Source of the DNA: Zygnema circumcarinatum SAG 698-1b
Lineage: Eukaryota > Plantae > Zygnematophyceae
Length of the DNA: 64,000 nt
Assembly: GCA_037447605.1 (NCBI GenBank)
Contig: CM074807.1
Location: 3,980,829-4,044,828 of the forward strand
Reading direction: 5' to 3'
In this document: positions 37,469-50,394 of the stretch, piece after piece
How positions within the stretch are numbered: the first letter of the stretch is position 1
How the letters are laid out: the number at the start of each line of letters is the position of its first letter
The notes under the pieces: model-generated
What the model saw: only the letters and a program-made list of their open reading frames with translations
Told to the model about the DNA's origin: nothing
Database searches by the model: none
Translations under genes and position numbers: made by a program

Positions 37469-40400
37469 TGTAAGGGTTACTTAGAGCCCGGCGTGGCTTT
37501 ATGTTTCCATCCAATGCAGTACCTAACGGTTAGAGCATCGGATACCCTATAGGACGACGGAGGTCCTAGGTTCGAACCTTAAGAACTGGTTCACCAGTGG
37601 GGCCGCCACATAATCTCTATGGGCCCCACGTCAGCGGCCAAGGTCCCCTCCTCTCAGCGTAGAGGAGGATCACGGGCTAACGGCACCACGGGACCAATCC
37701 GGTCCCGCGATTGGATCCCGGGCCACGGCCGGATCCCCTTTGGAGTCGCCCGTGGTGATGCGTTGCGGTTGCCCGATGGTGCGGACGGAGGCTGTCGGTC
37801 GGAGCCCTTGCGCCCGGCGTAAAGCTCGACCCGTGCTGCAGCTTGCGGCCACGGCGCCCAGCGTACTTGGCCTTGCCCGTGAATCTGGCGAGCATTGATG
37901 CGTTATTACACCTCGACCCATGCGGTCGAGAGAGGGACCGCGTGGCGGTTTGCCGATGGGCGGCCACCTTCGATCCCTCTCCATCTTTGGTAGGAGGTTC
38001 CAGCGGGGAAGCGTATAGGAGCGTGGGTACAGCTATCGTCACCAACCAACTTATGCAAACATCACGGTTGCACGCCCATCATTTTGCTCCCCACTCTGGC
38101 GCTTTCTGCCTCACTCTCTCTCTCTCTCTCTCTGTTGAACTCACGAAATTAGCAATTAGCCAATTTGAAGGGGCTAGATTTGGAGCCATTGACATTTGGT
38201 ATCGAGCGGGGTTTTAAGTTTCTTACAGGAAAAGAATTTGGTCGTAAGTGATGTCTTTCCCTTCAGGGCGGAGGAACCCGGGGAGCCCTGGGGAGCCGCC
38301 ACCTCCACTGTTCCTCGGGGCGAGGTGATGGAGGGAACATGAGGAGAGCTGCGGCCATCCCATGGAGAGCCCGATCCAGGAAGCCTGAATGACCAAAAGG
38401 TCATCCATTGGCTACTGCCCTCTCCGCGTCCGCCGGAGCGGCAGCGAAATCCGCCGATCCCCATGATGCGGGGCTATCCGCAGTGAAACTCGCGAAGATG
38501 AAGAAGAAGATACGGCCGGCGGGCGGATGTAAAGGCGGCGGCCATTAGCCACCATGGCACATGCGAAGCGGAGTGGGCGACGCCGAGACTCCGCAGTCCG
38601 CCGCTGGTGGGAACCGCGCTCCAAGCTCGGAATTCCGGGGGCCTTCTTGTGGACTGACTCCGGAGGTCGAGGAAGGTATGCCGGAGCCCCCTCGGTATAG
38701 AAGGTGGAATGCAATGGCGAGGTCACAGAAGGTTGATATCAGCTGCCGGAAAGCGACACGGTAAATCAGGCCTGGATTTTCCACGCGGGGTGAGCCACCA
38801 GCGGGGGTGGCGATCCCTACAGCGATTAAAGGGGACCCGTCGGTAGCTAAGCTGGGGGAGAGATCGATCCTCGGACTGCTCTCACTGTGCCCCTGCGAAG
38901 ATGCCAGCCGGAATCGGGCCAAAAGTAGCCCTCTTTCCTTTTTAAGGCGAACGCATCCTACCGGGCCTTTCCTGGAATTGGCGGGTGGTTGGAGTCAAAC
39001 GAAGGGGCTTCGGCGACCAGCTGTCCACCTCCCGGTGGAGTATGGCTGCCACCTGACACTTCCGAAGGAGGCCGCGTATAAGACCAGCAGGGGCCTCTAC
39101 GATGAATTGAGGGACGGTGAGGATAAGTTCGAGAATGGAGAACTTTATCCAATCACTGGGGCCTTGGATCAGGCTTGGAGCGGGATAAATTTCAGAACGG
39201 TCCCAAGCGAAGCGTTAATGAAAGCGGTTCACGCGAGACTGCGTCAAGTGGTCCCTCAAATCACCACTCTGGCACAGTGGGGGCAGGTTCTTTTCCACCG
39301 AGAATGGCTTGAAGCCACACACGAAGCGGTGAGAACTAACCCGCGGACTCGAGCAGTGGGACCCGTGACTCTAAAGGTACGGCGCTTTGATGCAGCCATT
39401 GGGTTGGACACACGCCCCTGCCCGAGCGTCTGACCCCTTCGGAAGCCAGTGGGGCGGCGTGGCTGGTGGGTAGGCGGGACGCCCGTCTGCCAAGATGGCC
39501 GAGGAAAGAACAAAGCGAGCGGCGGAAGTGAGCTGCCGCCCACCCCTTTGCGACGCCGAGATTTCCAGAGGAAATGGAAGATGGCGGGGAGAACAAAGTG
39601 TTTGATTCGCATGAGGCATAAGGCGAGGGCACTCGAACTCCAAGGGCCCGGGGAAGGGCAAGGGGCGGAGAAAACCTAACCACCCGGCCCAGTTTAGAAT
39701 TGGCTGGTGGAGTGCTTGAGGTTGGGGATGGGAGGGCGATTCTGCGGAAATGTTAAGGGACTTTTGTGGCTTAGGTCCACGGACATGCTTAACTTGTTGG
39801 GCAGGCCTTTGGGGGTGCACGATCTCGTTGTGTGTCATGCGCTTCCTGATTCCATGTCCTTTTCCCCTGCCACCGTGGTGACTCCCTCTAGGTTTATGGA
39901 TGTGTTGATGCGTGGCCAGTGGCATGTTTCAATTCTCAATGTTATGGGGGATGATGTCTTGATGAGATGTGCCATGGATGCCTTGCTTGTCTTGCGGGAT
40001 ACTTCCCACATACTTGGGGGCTGCGTGTCTTGGTTCCTGACACTTGGCGATTCGCACTTTCCCAGCGGTTGGTGAAACAGTGAGAAAAAGGAGCTAGAAG
40101 TAGTGCAAGCGATGGGAAAGGATCCACTAGTTCACGGGTTGGATCCCCCTACACCTTGGAGTGGAGGACGGCTCGTCCTCAACCCTCGCATATAGTGCGA
40201 TCTATGTTCCATCTTGCCCATCGTGCCATGACCTTCATCGGGTCAGCCAATGGCCACCCATGCAGTGATACTGCTAGATACTGGGGCAGATGCTAACTTT
40301 GTTAGTTCTGCATTCACCCAGAGATTTGGATTGACCACAGTCCCCACGTTGAGAAGTGTTACTTTTAGGGGATGGAGCGCAAGGAGCCAGATCTGCGGTA

Positions 40401-43400
40401 GCGTCGCGCTCAAGATCAGTAGATCACACTCAAGGCGGTCAAGTGTCTTCGCGGCTATTTTGATGTGATGTTATTTGGGAGTGCTTGGTTAGCCATGGTC
40501 AAAGCACAAATGGACTTTACGTCCCACATTGCATTACGCGGTGGTGGCCGGGCGGCTTCTGCACCTGTGAGGCCACATCCTGCTGCTCTCAAGCAGCTTT
40601 CTACTTTACTCCTTATCTCTGCTTTCGGTATGCGATTGGCCAAAGCGGTTAAAAGAGGTTACACCACCTGTTCCTGGTGCATGTCATAGCGTGCCGAGGA
40701 TGATGTTCATGGCCGAAAACGAGAATGGCGAGATCACATCTGGATGTGCTCGTTGTTAAAGTCTCGAGATCCAACCTACATTGGTGAGTTAGGATGTCTT
40801 CACGACCTTCGAAGGTTGCCACCATCGAGAGGGGTGGGGCACACAATTCCTCTTGAGCACGAGCAAAAAGCCGCCTTGGCCGTCCTCGGTTAAGTCGAAG
40901 GAAGCCGAGGAAATGCAGCGATTGGCGCTTACTGCGTGGCAATTTGGATAGAACTTTCCAGTCGAGCCGCACGGCCCATGCTGTTGTTGGGAAGAAGATG
41001 GTTGCGTTGAGGATGTGCATTGATTATCGCGCACTCAAGAATCCTTTATAAGAATCGATTTGCTTTACCACGTATCGATGTCTGTTGGATCATCTTCGCG
41101 GCGCAAGTGTTCCGCATCAACGATCTTGCTCGGGGGTATCGCCAGATCAGCGTCACGGTGATGTGCCAAAAACAGCGTTCGGGGCGCCGATTGGTCATTT
41201 CAATATAAGGTGTTGCCGCTGGATTGACTAATCTGGGGCTACTCGGTACATGATGAGCAGATGTTCATAGGCATGGATGACTTTATTTTGGTTTACCTCG
41301 ATGATATCCTTGTCTTGATAAGGCGGAGGAGGCATCTTGAACATGTTAGGAAAGTGTTTGAATACGAGGAAACACCAATTTATGCCAAGAAAAGAAGTGT
41401 CACCGTACAGCGTGAGTTGCTTTATCTTAGGCATATCTTGAATGATCGAGGGCCTTGACACGATCTTATAAAGTTCGGTGAAACTTGGGCGCCACCACCG
41501 GCGAAACTGCATCGGTTGAGGGTCTTTACGGGCTTCTTGAATTATTTTAGTAAGTTCATCGGGGGTTTTAGTAAATTGGTTCTCCGCCGACTAATTGTGG
41601 CGTTAAATTGTCCCCTTTACATGGACCCGCAGGCCGGGATAATTCGAAGGTGTCGCCAAATGCTGACACATTCTGCTTCCCACTCTCTCCGTTTAGCGGA
41701 CGATCAGAAAAACGCTTATGAAGTGGTTTTGTGATAGCCGGGATGCGCCTTGGAGTGCTTAGTCTTGTTTGGATGGCCAACCTTTGGCGTATGAAAGTCG
41801 CGAAAATGAATCCGTGGTATGACTATTACACCCAGCGAGCAGGGAAGCGCTGCGATGGTCAATACTGAGGACATGGCGGTCTTTATTTAGAGTAGCGGTC
41901 CGCGGTCGCGACCGCCGTCGTGGCGTTCCTCTCAACTTAGCGAGACCATGCAGCGGCCGACACTTATTTGGTCACGAGTTCCTCCAAAAGGTTTGGCGCG
42001 ATGGGTTTTATCGGCGGGAAGGTTTGAGATATAGCGAACCCAGGTAGGCGTACCGGCATCTTGCAGATAGTGCGCTCGTGCATTTCGAGTGTTGGTGGAA
42101 CAAGGCGGCGGGAAGGTGAGGGCGGCCAACCCCCAGGAATCTCAAGATCTCGGTATGCTTTGTCATAGATCCACTCCACCCGGTGTGCCGGTCGACCCTC
42201 CACTCTCTCGATCACCGAGGCGGATGATCGAGGGAGGGGTATCTTGATGATCCTTTGGTCTGGATGGCAAGGTAGTATTTATAAGAACAAAGAGTGGTGT
42301 CTAGAGACGTATTACGGTACCACGACTGACAGTTGAAAGTGCGTGCCCAAAGTACGGGCTGTCTGGCGGCTCATTACTGGGTGTTCATGATCCTCCGTCT
42401 TAGAGGTCACATGGGAGTTACTTAAGGCTTAGTGAGCCTTTCTTCCAGGGATTACGGTGGCACGGTTTCTCGAGGGATGTGGCGTATGTCTTTAGCTTGT
42501 CCAACTTGTCAGCGAAACAAACCCCGCACTGGTAGGATCCCTGGCCAGCTCCAACCCCTCACACCTCCTTTTCGGAAATGGGACAGTGTGGGTATGGACT
42601 TGATCACAGATCTTCCTGTGACACCTCGGGGGCATGACTCCATCCTCGTCTTTGTCGATCGGCTCAGCAAGATGGTGCATTTTGCACCAACTACTAAGAC
42701 AGCTGGGGCCGACGAGATTGCACGGTTGTATGTTGACAAAGTGTGGAGCGGCATGGTCTTGATCGGAGATTGTGTCACGGCCCAGTGATCGCGATTCACT
42801 TGCGGCCATTTTGGGCCGGAAGTGCTCAAAATAGAGTAAGGGGACCCAGCGGCGTTAGTACGGCTTTCCGCACTTAAGCCCAGGTGGCGGGCGGAGCGGG
42901 TGAAACGAGGATCTGGAGGATTACCTGGAGCATTATGTGGGACCCACGGATGGGTGGGAGTGAGCGCTCCCGGTGGCGCAGTCGCCATCAATAATGCTTT
43001 CGAGTCCATTGGTACCGCACTTTAACCTACGAACTTTGGGCATCCTAAATCCACGCAGCCAAGGGATCATTACGATCCAGGTGGAACATGAAATCCACGA
43101 AACCCGATCCTTAGGTAGGGAGGGACTGATGGGACTCAACCTCCGCGGTCGGTCTTTTGAGCTAATATGCGTGACTGCGGGGCCGCGGCGGACCTGTTAG
43201 CTGACGGTCGCGACAAAAGGCTGTCTTTGGCCGATCACTTGGTACCCAACTCACCTTCAACGAAGGCGATGAGGTGTTGCTAAGTACGGCGAACTTGAGA
43301 CTCAAAGCTTATGGCGGAACACGTAAGCTGTGGCCCCGCTTCATCGGACCTTTCAGGGTCAGCGGGCGGTAATCTAAACACGAGGTTGGATTTACATCCC

Positions 43401-44574
43401 ACATGAAGGTGCATCCGGTCTTTCATGTGGGTTTGCTAAAGGTCTACCGTAGCGATGGGAGGATCCAACCACCTCCCCCACCAGTGGAACTTGAAGGTGA
43501 ACTTGAGTACGAAGTTGAAACCATTCAAGCCCACCGTATTGTGAGAAAGGGTCGCTCTTCCCGTCACGAATACCTCGTGAAGTGGTTGGGCTATGGGGTT
43601 GAACATAGCACATGGGGAGGCAGGAACAGCAACGATTGCGAGAGCTCATCAGCTTGTCTTTGGGGCTGAGGCCTTGAGGAGAAGCGGCGAGGCGTACCGA
43701 GGGGTTCGGCGTCCGCAACTTCGGAAAAGGACTTGACGGGATTATCGGCTGAGCCCTCCCAGGTTATCACGTGGGATTGCGGCCAGCGTCTTGCGTTGAA
43801 ACTTCTGGTGCCTTTCTTACCCCTTAGCGTGAGCGAGGCGTTGGCATTCTCCGCGAGGGGTAATGGCAACGCTCTGATCACCCCGAGGGGAAGAAGGGTT
43901 GCAGAGCCCGGCGTGGCTTTATGTTTCCATCAATCGCGATTACTGCGGTTAGGCGTGGCGGATACCACTATAGAGACGGCGGAGGTCTAAGTTCGAACAA
44001 AGCTGGTTCACGGGTGGGGCGCCACATATCTCTATGGGCCCGCGTCGGCCAAAGGTCCCCCTCCTCACCGGCGTAGGGATCGCAGTACTGGCGCGGGACG
44101 ATCCGGTCGCTGATTGGATCGGGCCGCGGCCGGATCCCCCCAGAGTCGCCCGTCGTCGTACGTGCTGATTTACGATGGTACGAATGACGTCGGTCGAGAC
44201 CCGGCGCCTTGTAGCATGAGCTCGGAACCGTGCACCGGCATCTGGCGGCGCTGGCGTCGGCGCCATGATGCGGCGGCGACCGTACGTTAATACACCTCTC
44301 GACCCATCGCGAGGGTCGAGAGGATGCGTGGCGGTTGCCATTGGGCGGCCACACTTCGATCCTCCGTCTTTGGTAGGAGGTTGTGGGGGCGTATAGAGTG
44401 GGTAGTATCGTCACCAACCAACATCTACCGGCATCTGGTTGCCGCCCATCATTTGCTCTCCCCGCTCTGAAGCCTTTCTCCCTCCCTCTCTCTCTCTCTC
44501 TTGTTTGAACTCACGAGAAGTGTAATTTCCAGCCCTTGCAATTTGAAGGAGGCTGGAATTCCGGTCGTGGCTTG
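37469..44574 (+). mobile_element. Chromovirus (Ty3/gypsy with chromodomain) A, nested in the host 5' LTR
   Basis: 5' LTR TGTAAG...TTGACA 37469-38194, Met-type PBS TGGTATCGAGC at 38197. Protease LLDTGA (~40270), RT MCIDYRAL and VYLDDIL (~41010-41310), integrase CPTCQRNK and VDRLSKMVHF (~42500-42790), chromodomain YEVETIQAH...YLVKWLGY (43403-43669). Purine tract at ~43885 and a second LTR copy ~43891-44574. Many frameshifts. Confidence 0.85.
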
Positions 44575-47500
44575 ATCTTTGTTTAACCCAGCATCTTGGT
44601 ATCAATTTGAAGGTTTTCTTGAATCCGCATTACCTTGATCACGATGAGGCTGGAAATCTGTGACACGTGTCACGGCCGCCATGGATGAAGAGGCTGCAGC
44701 CAAGAGGTTAAACGAATCTTCAGGCCATTCGAGATGAAAGACTTAGCACCTCGAAGAAGAAGAAACGGTGATCCCGAATCAGGGGCCGGTCCGGACTTCG
44801 GAGGAAAAGCGGTCAGAGAGATTGAATGGGCATCACGAAGAACCCTTATCGATGCGGCACGCCTTGAAGCGGTCAGTGATTGAAGAAGCGGCGGCTGACT
44901 CCATCTAAGCGGCGATGGCCTGAAACTCCGGCTGGCGGTATACGCCCAGCGTGATGTGGCTTTGATCCTTTGTCGCGGCCCGTCGCGTGAAAGAGAGGAG
45001 TGTCGTTGAACACGAGGTCCCCACGCGGCCCCACAAAACCAGAACCCGGGATCACCGGTCGGATAACTCTTGCGCGAGATTCCACTTGGCAGCTACTTGT
45101 TGCAGCATGATCCTCTGGCCGAGCAAGGAATCATCGAAAGAACACCTGCGCCTCGCGGCTTTCACAGCACCATCCAGCGGCCCAGGCGGCGGCCGAGGGG
45201 CAAGGCGGGGGCGATCGCGGGGCCCTCCGGCTTTACGCACCCGGCCTGCGAGAGAAGCACAGGTCAGAGATCACGGGGATTTCTAGCAAGATGGAAGAGA
45301 TGATGACCAAATTGATGGCCTTGATTCACGAAAGAGTGAGGTGAGAGATACCACGGGCATCATCACTAGAGGCTTCACCGGCAAGCAGGAAGATGCAGAG
45401 TCTTGGCTGAGACACCTTGAGGAGAAGGCAGCGCAGGCAGACCTGAAGGAAGACCAGTGGATCAAGCTTGCTCTTGGAGCGCTGGAAGGCGAGGCAGTCA
45501 ACTGGAAGCTGTCCCGAAACTGGCACAAAGCAGATGTCGTCGCCACCCTGACAAGGGACACATTCAAGCAAGCTTTCAGAACAGCGTTAGTTCAGATCCG
45601 ATCAACATCTTTGGAGCCGACTTAAGCTACATAGAAATGCTGATGATGGCCGGCTGTTTAATTCGCGGAAGCGCTTTGTGCAATGGCAAATACGATTGAG
45701 AACTTGCGACTTTTCGAAGTGCTCGATGGTTCATAAAACCTGCATCGGTGAGAAGGATCTCCACGGATGTCATTGTAATTGCAGACAACCCACCAGCCAG
45801 TGCCGGGCATTGTTAGGCGAGGCGAGCGAATTGAGAAGGATCAAGAGAGAGGCAGCGTATGCGACCCGCATTACATGAAGCGGCCTGAGATCAGCGGCAG
45901 ATCGGCTCTACGGCGGTTCACGAGCCACGGGAATCACTTGATTTATTCGATCCTACGCTACGTCTAATGGAACAAGCCTACCTTCTCACGTCGTCCTTTC
46001 GGGGCGTCAGGGCGGCCAATAGTGCGACCTGCGGCCATAGCCCGGCCGCAACTAAGCCCCTTCCCTTTCCCCATACTACTCATGATCGGTAGCATCCCAT
46101 TGGCCCGGCGGTGAACATCCTCGCATTACGAGATGTTTCGTCCATGATACTCGGGCTCATATTCGTCGCCTTTGCGAAGAGAGAGAGCTGCCCGGGGCGA
46201 TCTGCGTCGAATAGCCTTGGTGAAGTTAGGGCGTCACGTCTTGCACTGCGGCTGAATCATATCCGCTGGCTTCGTTGCGGACCATGGGCCTTGCACCTTA
46301 CGTGGGATCCGCGGGACATGATGCGGGTATTATTGCATCGAGAATACCAGTGAGAAGGCCGAAGAGGGGAAAGAAGCTGGCTGAAGAACTCACTGCGAGA
46401 TCGCAACCCGTGGATATGCCTCCCGGTGATCCACCGAGCTCGGCTCCCTTTAGCGCCTCCACCTCCTTCACCTTACACCATCTGCGGCGACCACCTATCA
46501 TCTGCTTCATGGACTCCCCACTCCCACATCCAAGCGTGTTGGGTCGAGGCCACGGTCTGCTGCAGATCACGCCTTCTTAGGGTTGGCGGCATTTCAACCG
46601 ACCTTGTCTGAATCCCCATCCTTACAGGCGGATGCTCAAGCGGATCCTTGAGAGATTGCAGCGCCCTTATGTGACTCCACAATCAGCGGCGATCCTCATT
46701 CTCATCCCTGCCATTCCTCCTGCCAATGTCCAGCGGCGCGGTTCACCAGACGCGGCTCCGCGGTCGCCACCCTGTCAGAAGAACGGTCATCCCCTCCCAC
46801 CACTTGAATTAAATCCCAGCAGGATCCTGCTGAGGAAGTGAAGATCTCCAGTAGTGGCCGGCCGGCGTAGCGGCAGGAAGTAGAAGCGGCACGGCCAAAC
46901 CAGAAAGAAGATCTGCGTCGGTGATCCGCCCCGTCGCCCTCGAGCTGACTTCGTTTTACCCCCAGCGACGATGCGTCGACCACCCCCGACGAGCTGACAC
47001 ATCCACGATTGAGCAGCATGGTTCGTCAACTCATGGGGAGACAAAGGCTAAGATGCGGCATTACCTTATCACGATTGTCACGGCTTGTACCGAAGATGGC
47101 GCAGCGTAGTTGGCTGGCCGGCGGCCACCTCTGACACTCCCGCGGTTCTATGGCCCCTCCTCCGGGCGTCCACGGCGTAGATATCCACCACGCCCAGCTC
47201 TGGCGCCTCAGCCAGGACCAGTCGCTCCTCGCCATCCTCAAACTGGTCCAGTCTCCCTCTCATCCCAACGCCCAACGTGCGGATCATTGTCAATGTATGG
47301 CTCAACGGTCATCCCAGCAAAGCCATGATCGACACAGGAGCCATGCGCACAGTTCTGTCCAAGCCTGTGATGAAGGCTGCAGGGGTTAAGTTGGACAAGA
47401 CACTTGAGCCCGTTCCCCGATATGTGGGGGTTGAAGGGAGCTTACATGAAGGATTGGGCGGCGCCAATTAGTCATTAAACACGGCGAGATAGAACGCGGT

Positions 47501-50394
47501 GAATCGCGGTCATACGACGTGAACACTATTATCTATTTGAGCACCGGATTGAGCATCATGATAGGAGCACAAATCGACTTTGCTACATGTCGTACCTTAT
47601 CTGGCGGCGGAATGACGCTCCTTCCCATCATCCTCGAGGTCACTTACCTCGCCTTCCCCGGCGCCCGCGCGCCCGCAGCCTTGAGGAGTCTCTACCCGGA
47701 GAGATCGCGTACGATGGGTCGGCAGCCCCCATTCTTCTTATGGATCGGCCAATTCTGATACCGATGACGAGACTCCCCCTCCTGCTCCTCCGAGTCCAGC
47801 TCTCGGTGCGCCAACGGACGAACTGTTGCCGCCAGTGATACCTGCACCCAGCTTTCCCCCACATGAGACCATCGGCGATGAGGAGTGGTTGGAAATAGAG
47901 GGGCAGATGCGATTAGGGCCTGCAGTCCTCTCAGACCCGATCAAGCATTCTCAACTACGCCAAGTGCTGCGCCGAAATCACCTAGTTTTCGCGGCGTTCG
48001 CTCCGGCGTCGGCAAGACTCATGATTGAGCACCACATGCGATGCGGGGGATGCGCCTCGCGTGATGACCGACTCCACTGCAGCTTTAAAGCGGCGCGGCG
48101 AGCCGATGTCGAGCAACCGGTCGGCGAGCATTAGCGTGGGATTGATGGAACACCGGAGGAAGAGGCGGGTAAGGCGGCGGCCCGTTCTGCTAGCCGGATG
48201 GCACACTCCGCTTCTGTGGGGACTACCGAAAACTGAATGCAATAACGAAGTGGGATCCCTACACATTACCGGATGTGGACCTGATTCTCCACGGCGTCTC
48301 CCCTGATGACCGGTGGTTCTCGGCCCTTGACATCGCAATCATACGGCGGATCCCCTACTTGGCGAGGGCGATCATTTGCAAAACAGGGAACCACGCGACC
48401 ACTTGGCGCTTTAATGGAGTGGGCAGTGCTTCCATTGAGGCTCGAATTCCAGTCAGACTCACCAGCGCACGGCCAACGGTGTTAGGCCCACAATGCGTGC
48501 CTTCTACAGAGCCCTTCGTGGATGATAGCCGATCCCACGGCAAATTTAGTCCTCCCACGCAACACATTGACCAGAATCACCTTGACTCATCCGGTCTTGG
48601 CGTCGAAGATTGCACCCAAGTCGCAATGGGGCCACCGAGAATCACTCATCTGGTACCGCCTGCGGCATCGATGGCTGAAACCATCACTCGATAAGATTGA
48701 AGCGATTGCCCTCATGCCGATTCCACAGACCCTCACTCAGCTCAAGTCCTTCTTGGGGCTCACCTCATTCTATCGCCGGTTCATCGAGGGCTATGCCCTT
48801 ATCGCACGTCCCCTACATGCCTTGGAGAAGCACGGAGTCCAATACGAATGGAGCCGAGCGCAGGATTTGGCCTTCCACGCGCTCAAGAGTGCCCTCCTTC
48901 AGGCTCCTTGCCTGCATCAATTTGACCCCACCCTTCCCACCATTATTGGCCGGAGTCAGGGCGGGCTTTAGGCGTGGCGGTAAACGTTCGGATAGGGAAC
49001 ACGGTCGGTTGCAAGCGAGTGCGTTGAAGCGAGACCAAATATAGCCCTCTTGAGGAAGGCCGCAGCTATCCTCACGGGCACTCCGAGTTCCAAACACTCT
49101 TCACGGCTACCGGCGTTATCATCGGTGACCACATGCCCTCACTTGGCGCATCATAGGTACCCTCACGACCTAAGTTTGCCCGATGGGTGATGAAGTTGGA
49201 GGTATAATGTGCTTAAGGTCCTGCGTCGGTAAAAGTAGTCGCGGCAATCTTTGGCGACCTCGGTCGCGATCAGCCGGCTCCCTCCTCTGTCCGCGATCCG
49301 GCGTTCACGAACCCATCCCTCCACCCACCCTCTTGAACCTGAGCATCTTCCATTGAGATTTTTTATTGCGCTCAAGCCATGATGTCTATTCGCGGATGGG
49401 GCGATCGATATTCGGCCACATACCACCCTCATCGGGAGGACCACGACTTCACCCACGGCCACCCCCATGCGGTCCAGTGGAAATCCTCATGGATGGCGAT
49501 GGCGGCGGCAGCTCGCGTCCTCATTTCCCGGCGCCAATGGCGTCCATTCGGACTCCTCTCTTGGCGCTACACGTTATGACCCGCCGCAGCTGCCCCCTTA
49601 TCACCGGATAGAGAGGGCTTCGGCTGCTCCGCGCCTTTCCGGAACCTGCATCGATGATGGCAGGCAATTCTCACATTCCTTAGGCCTTCGCGTCTCATTC
49701 CCTCTGGCGTAAAATCACGGGCGTGCGCGATACCCAACACAGGCTTCCACCTCGGCGAGAGGAAAGAAGATGGTAGCGGCTCTACAACTGCGGAAACGCT
49801 ATTAGCGGCCTCCATGTATGATGGCAACTCCTCCGAAGCTTTGCACACCGCGCCAGCGGCAAAGCGCCTCTGCTCCCCGGACGCCCAACCCCACGGAATG
49901 GGTGAGATCCCAATACCTTGGCGTCGCGAAAGAGCTGGGGGCTGTCGACACCTTTTCTATCCCCCAGCTCGGGACCCCCTCTGGCTACATTCGGGTCTTC
50001 CTAGCAGTGGACAGATACACCAAGTGGTGTTAAGTTAAATGCAACGAGAATCACAGCATTCCATCCACTACGCTCGCCTCGGCGGCCATCATTCACGCCG
50101 CTCTACACCCTACTTCTGTCCACTCGACAGCGGCACGGAATCTGAGGGCATTTGCCAAGCTCATGCGGGACTTATCATTCACCACACCTCCCGGCCCTCT
50201 TTCTCCACTGGCGGGGAATGGGCTTGCGGAAGCGTGCCATTGACGGTCGAGGATGCGTCGTCGCGTGTAATGGCCGGGTGTGGAGTCGGACGGGTGGGCA
50301 AGGAGGCGTGAGGGTAGAGGAGAGAGAAAAGCGGTTTCGGGTTGAATCTGAATTGCGGTCGCCCAGCTATCGCTTCCCGGTCGAACCCTCTACC

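Noticed and set aside
44597-44605. Second Met-type PBS (TGGTATCA) suggesting an LTR-internal-LTR-internal tandem
   Set aside because: The stretch 44575-44601 matches the end of the host (family B) LTR at 53151-53181, so a nested insertion explains it better.
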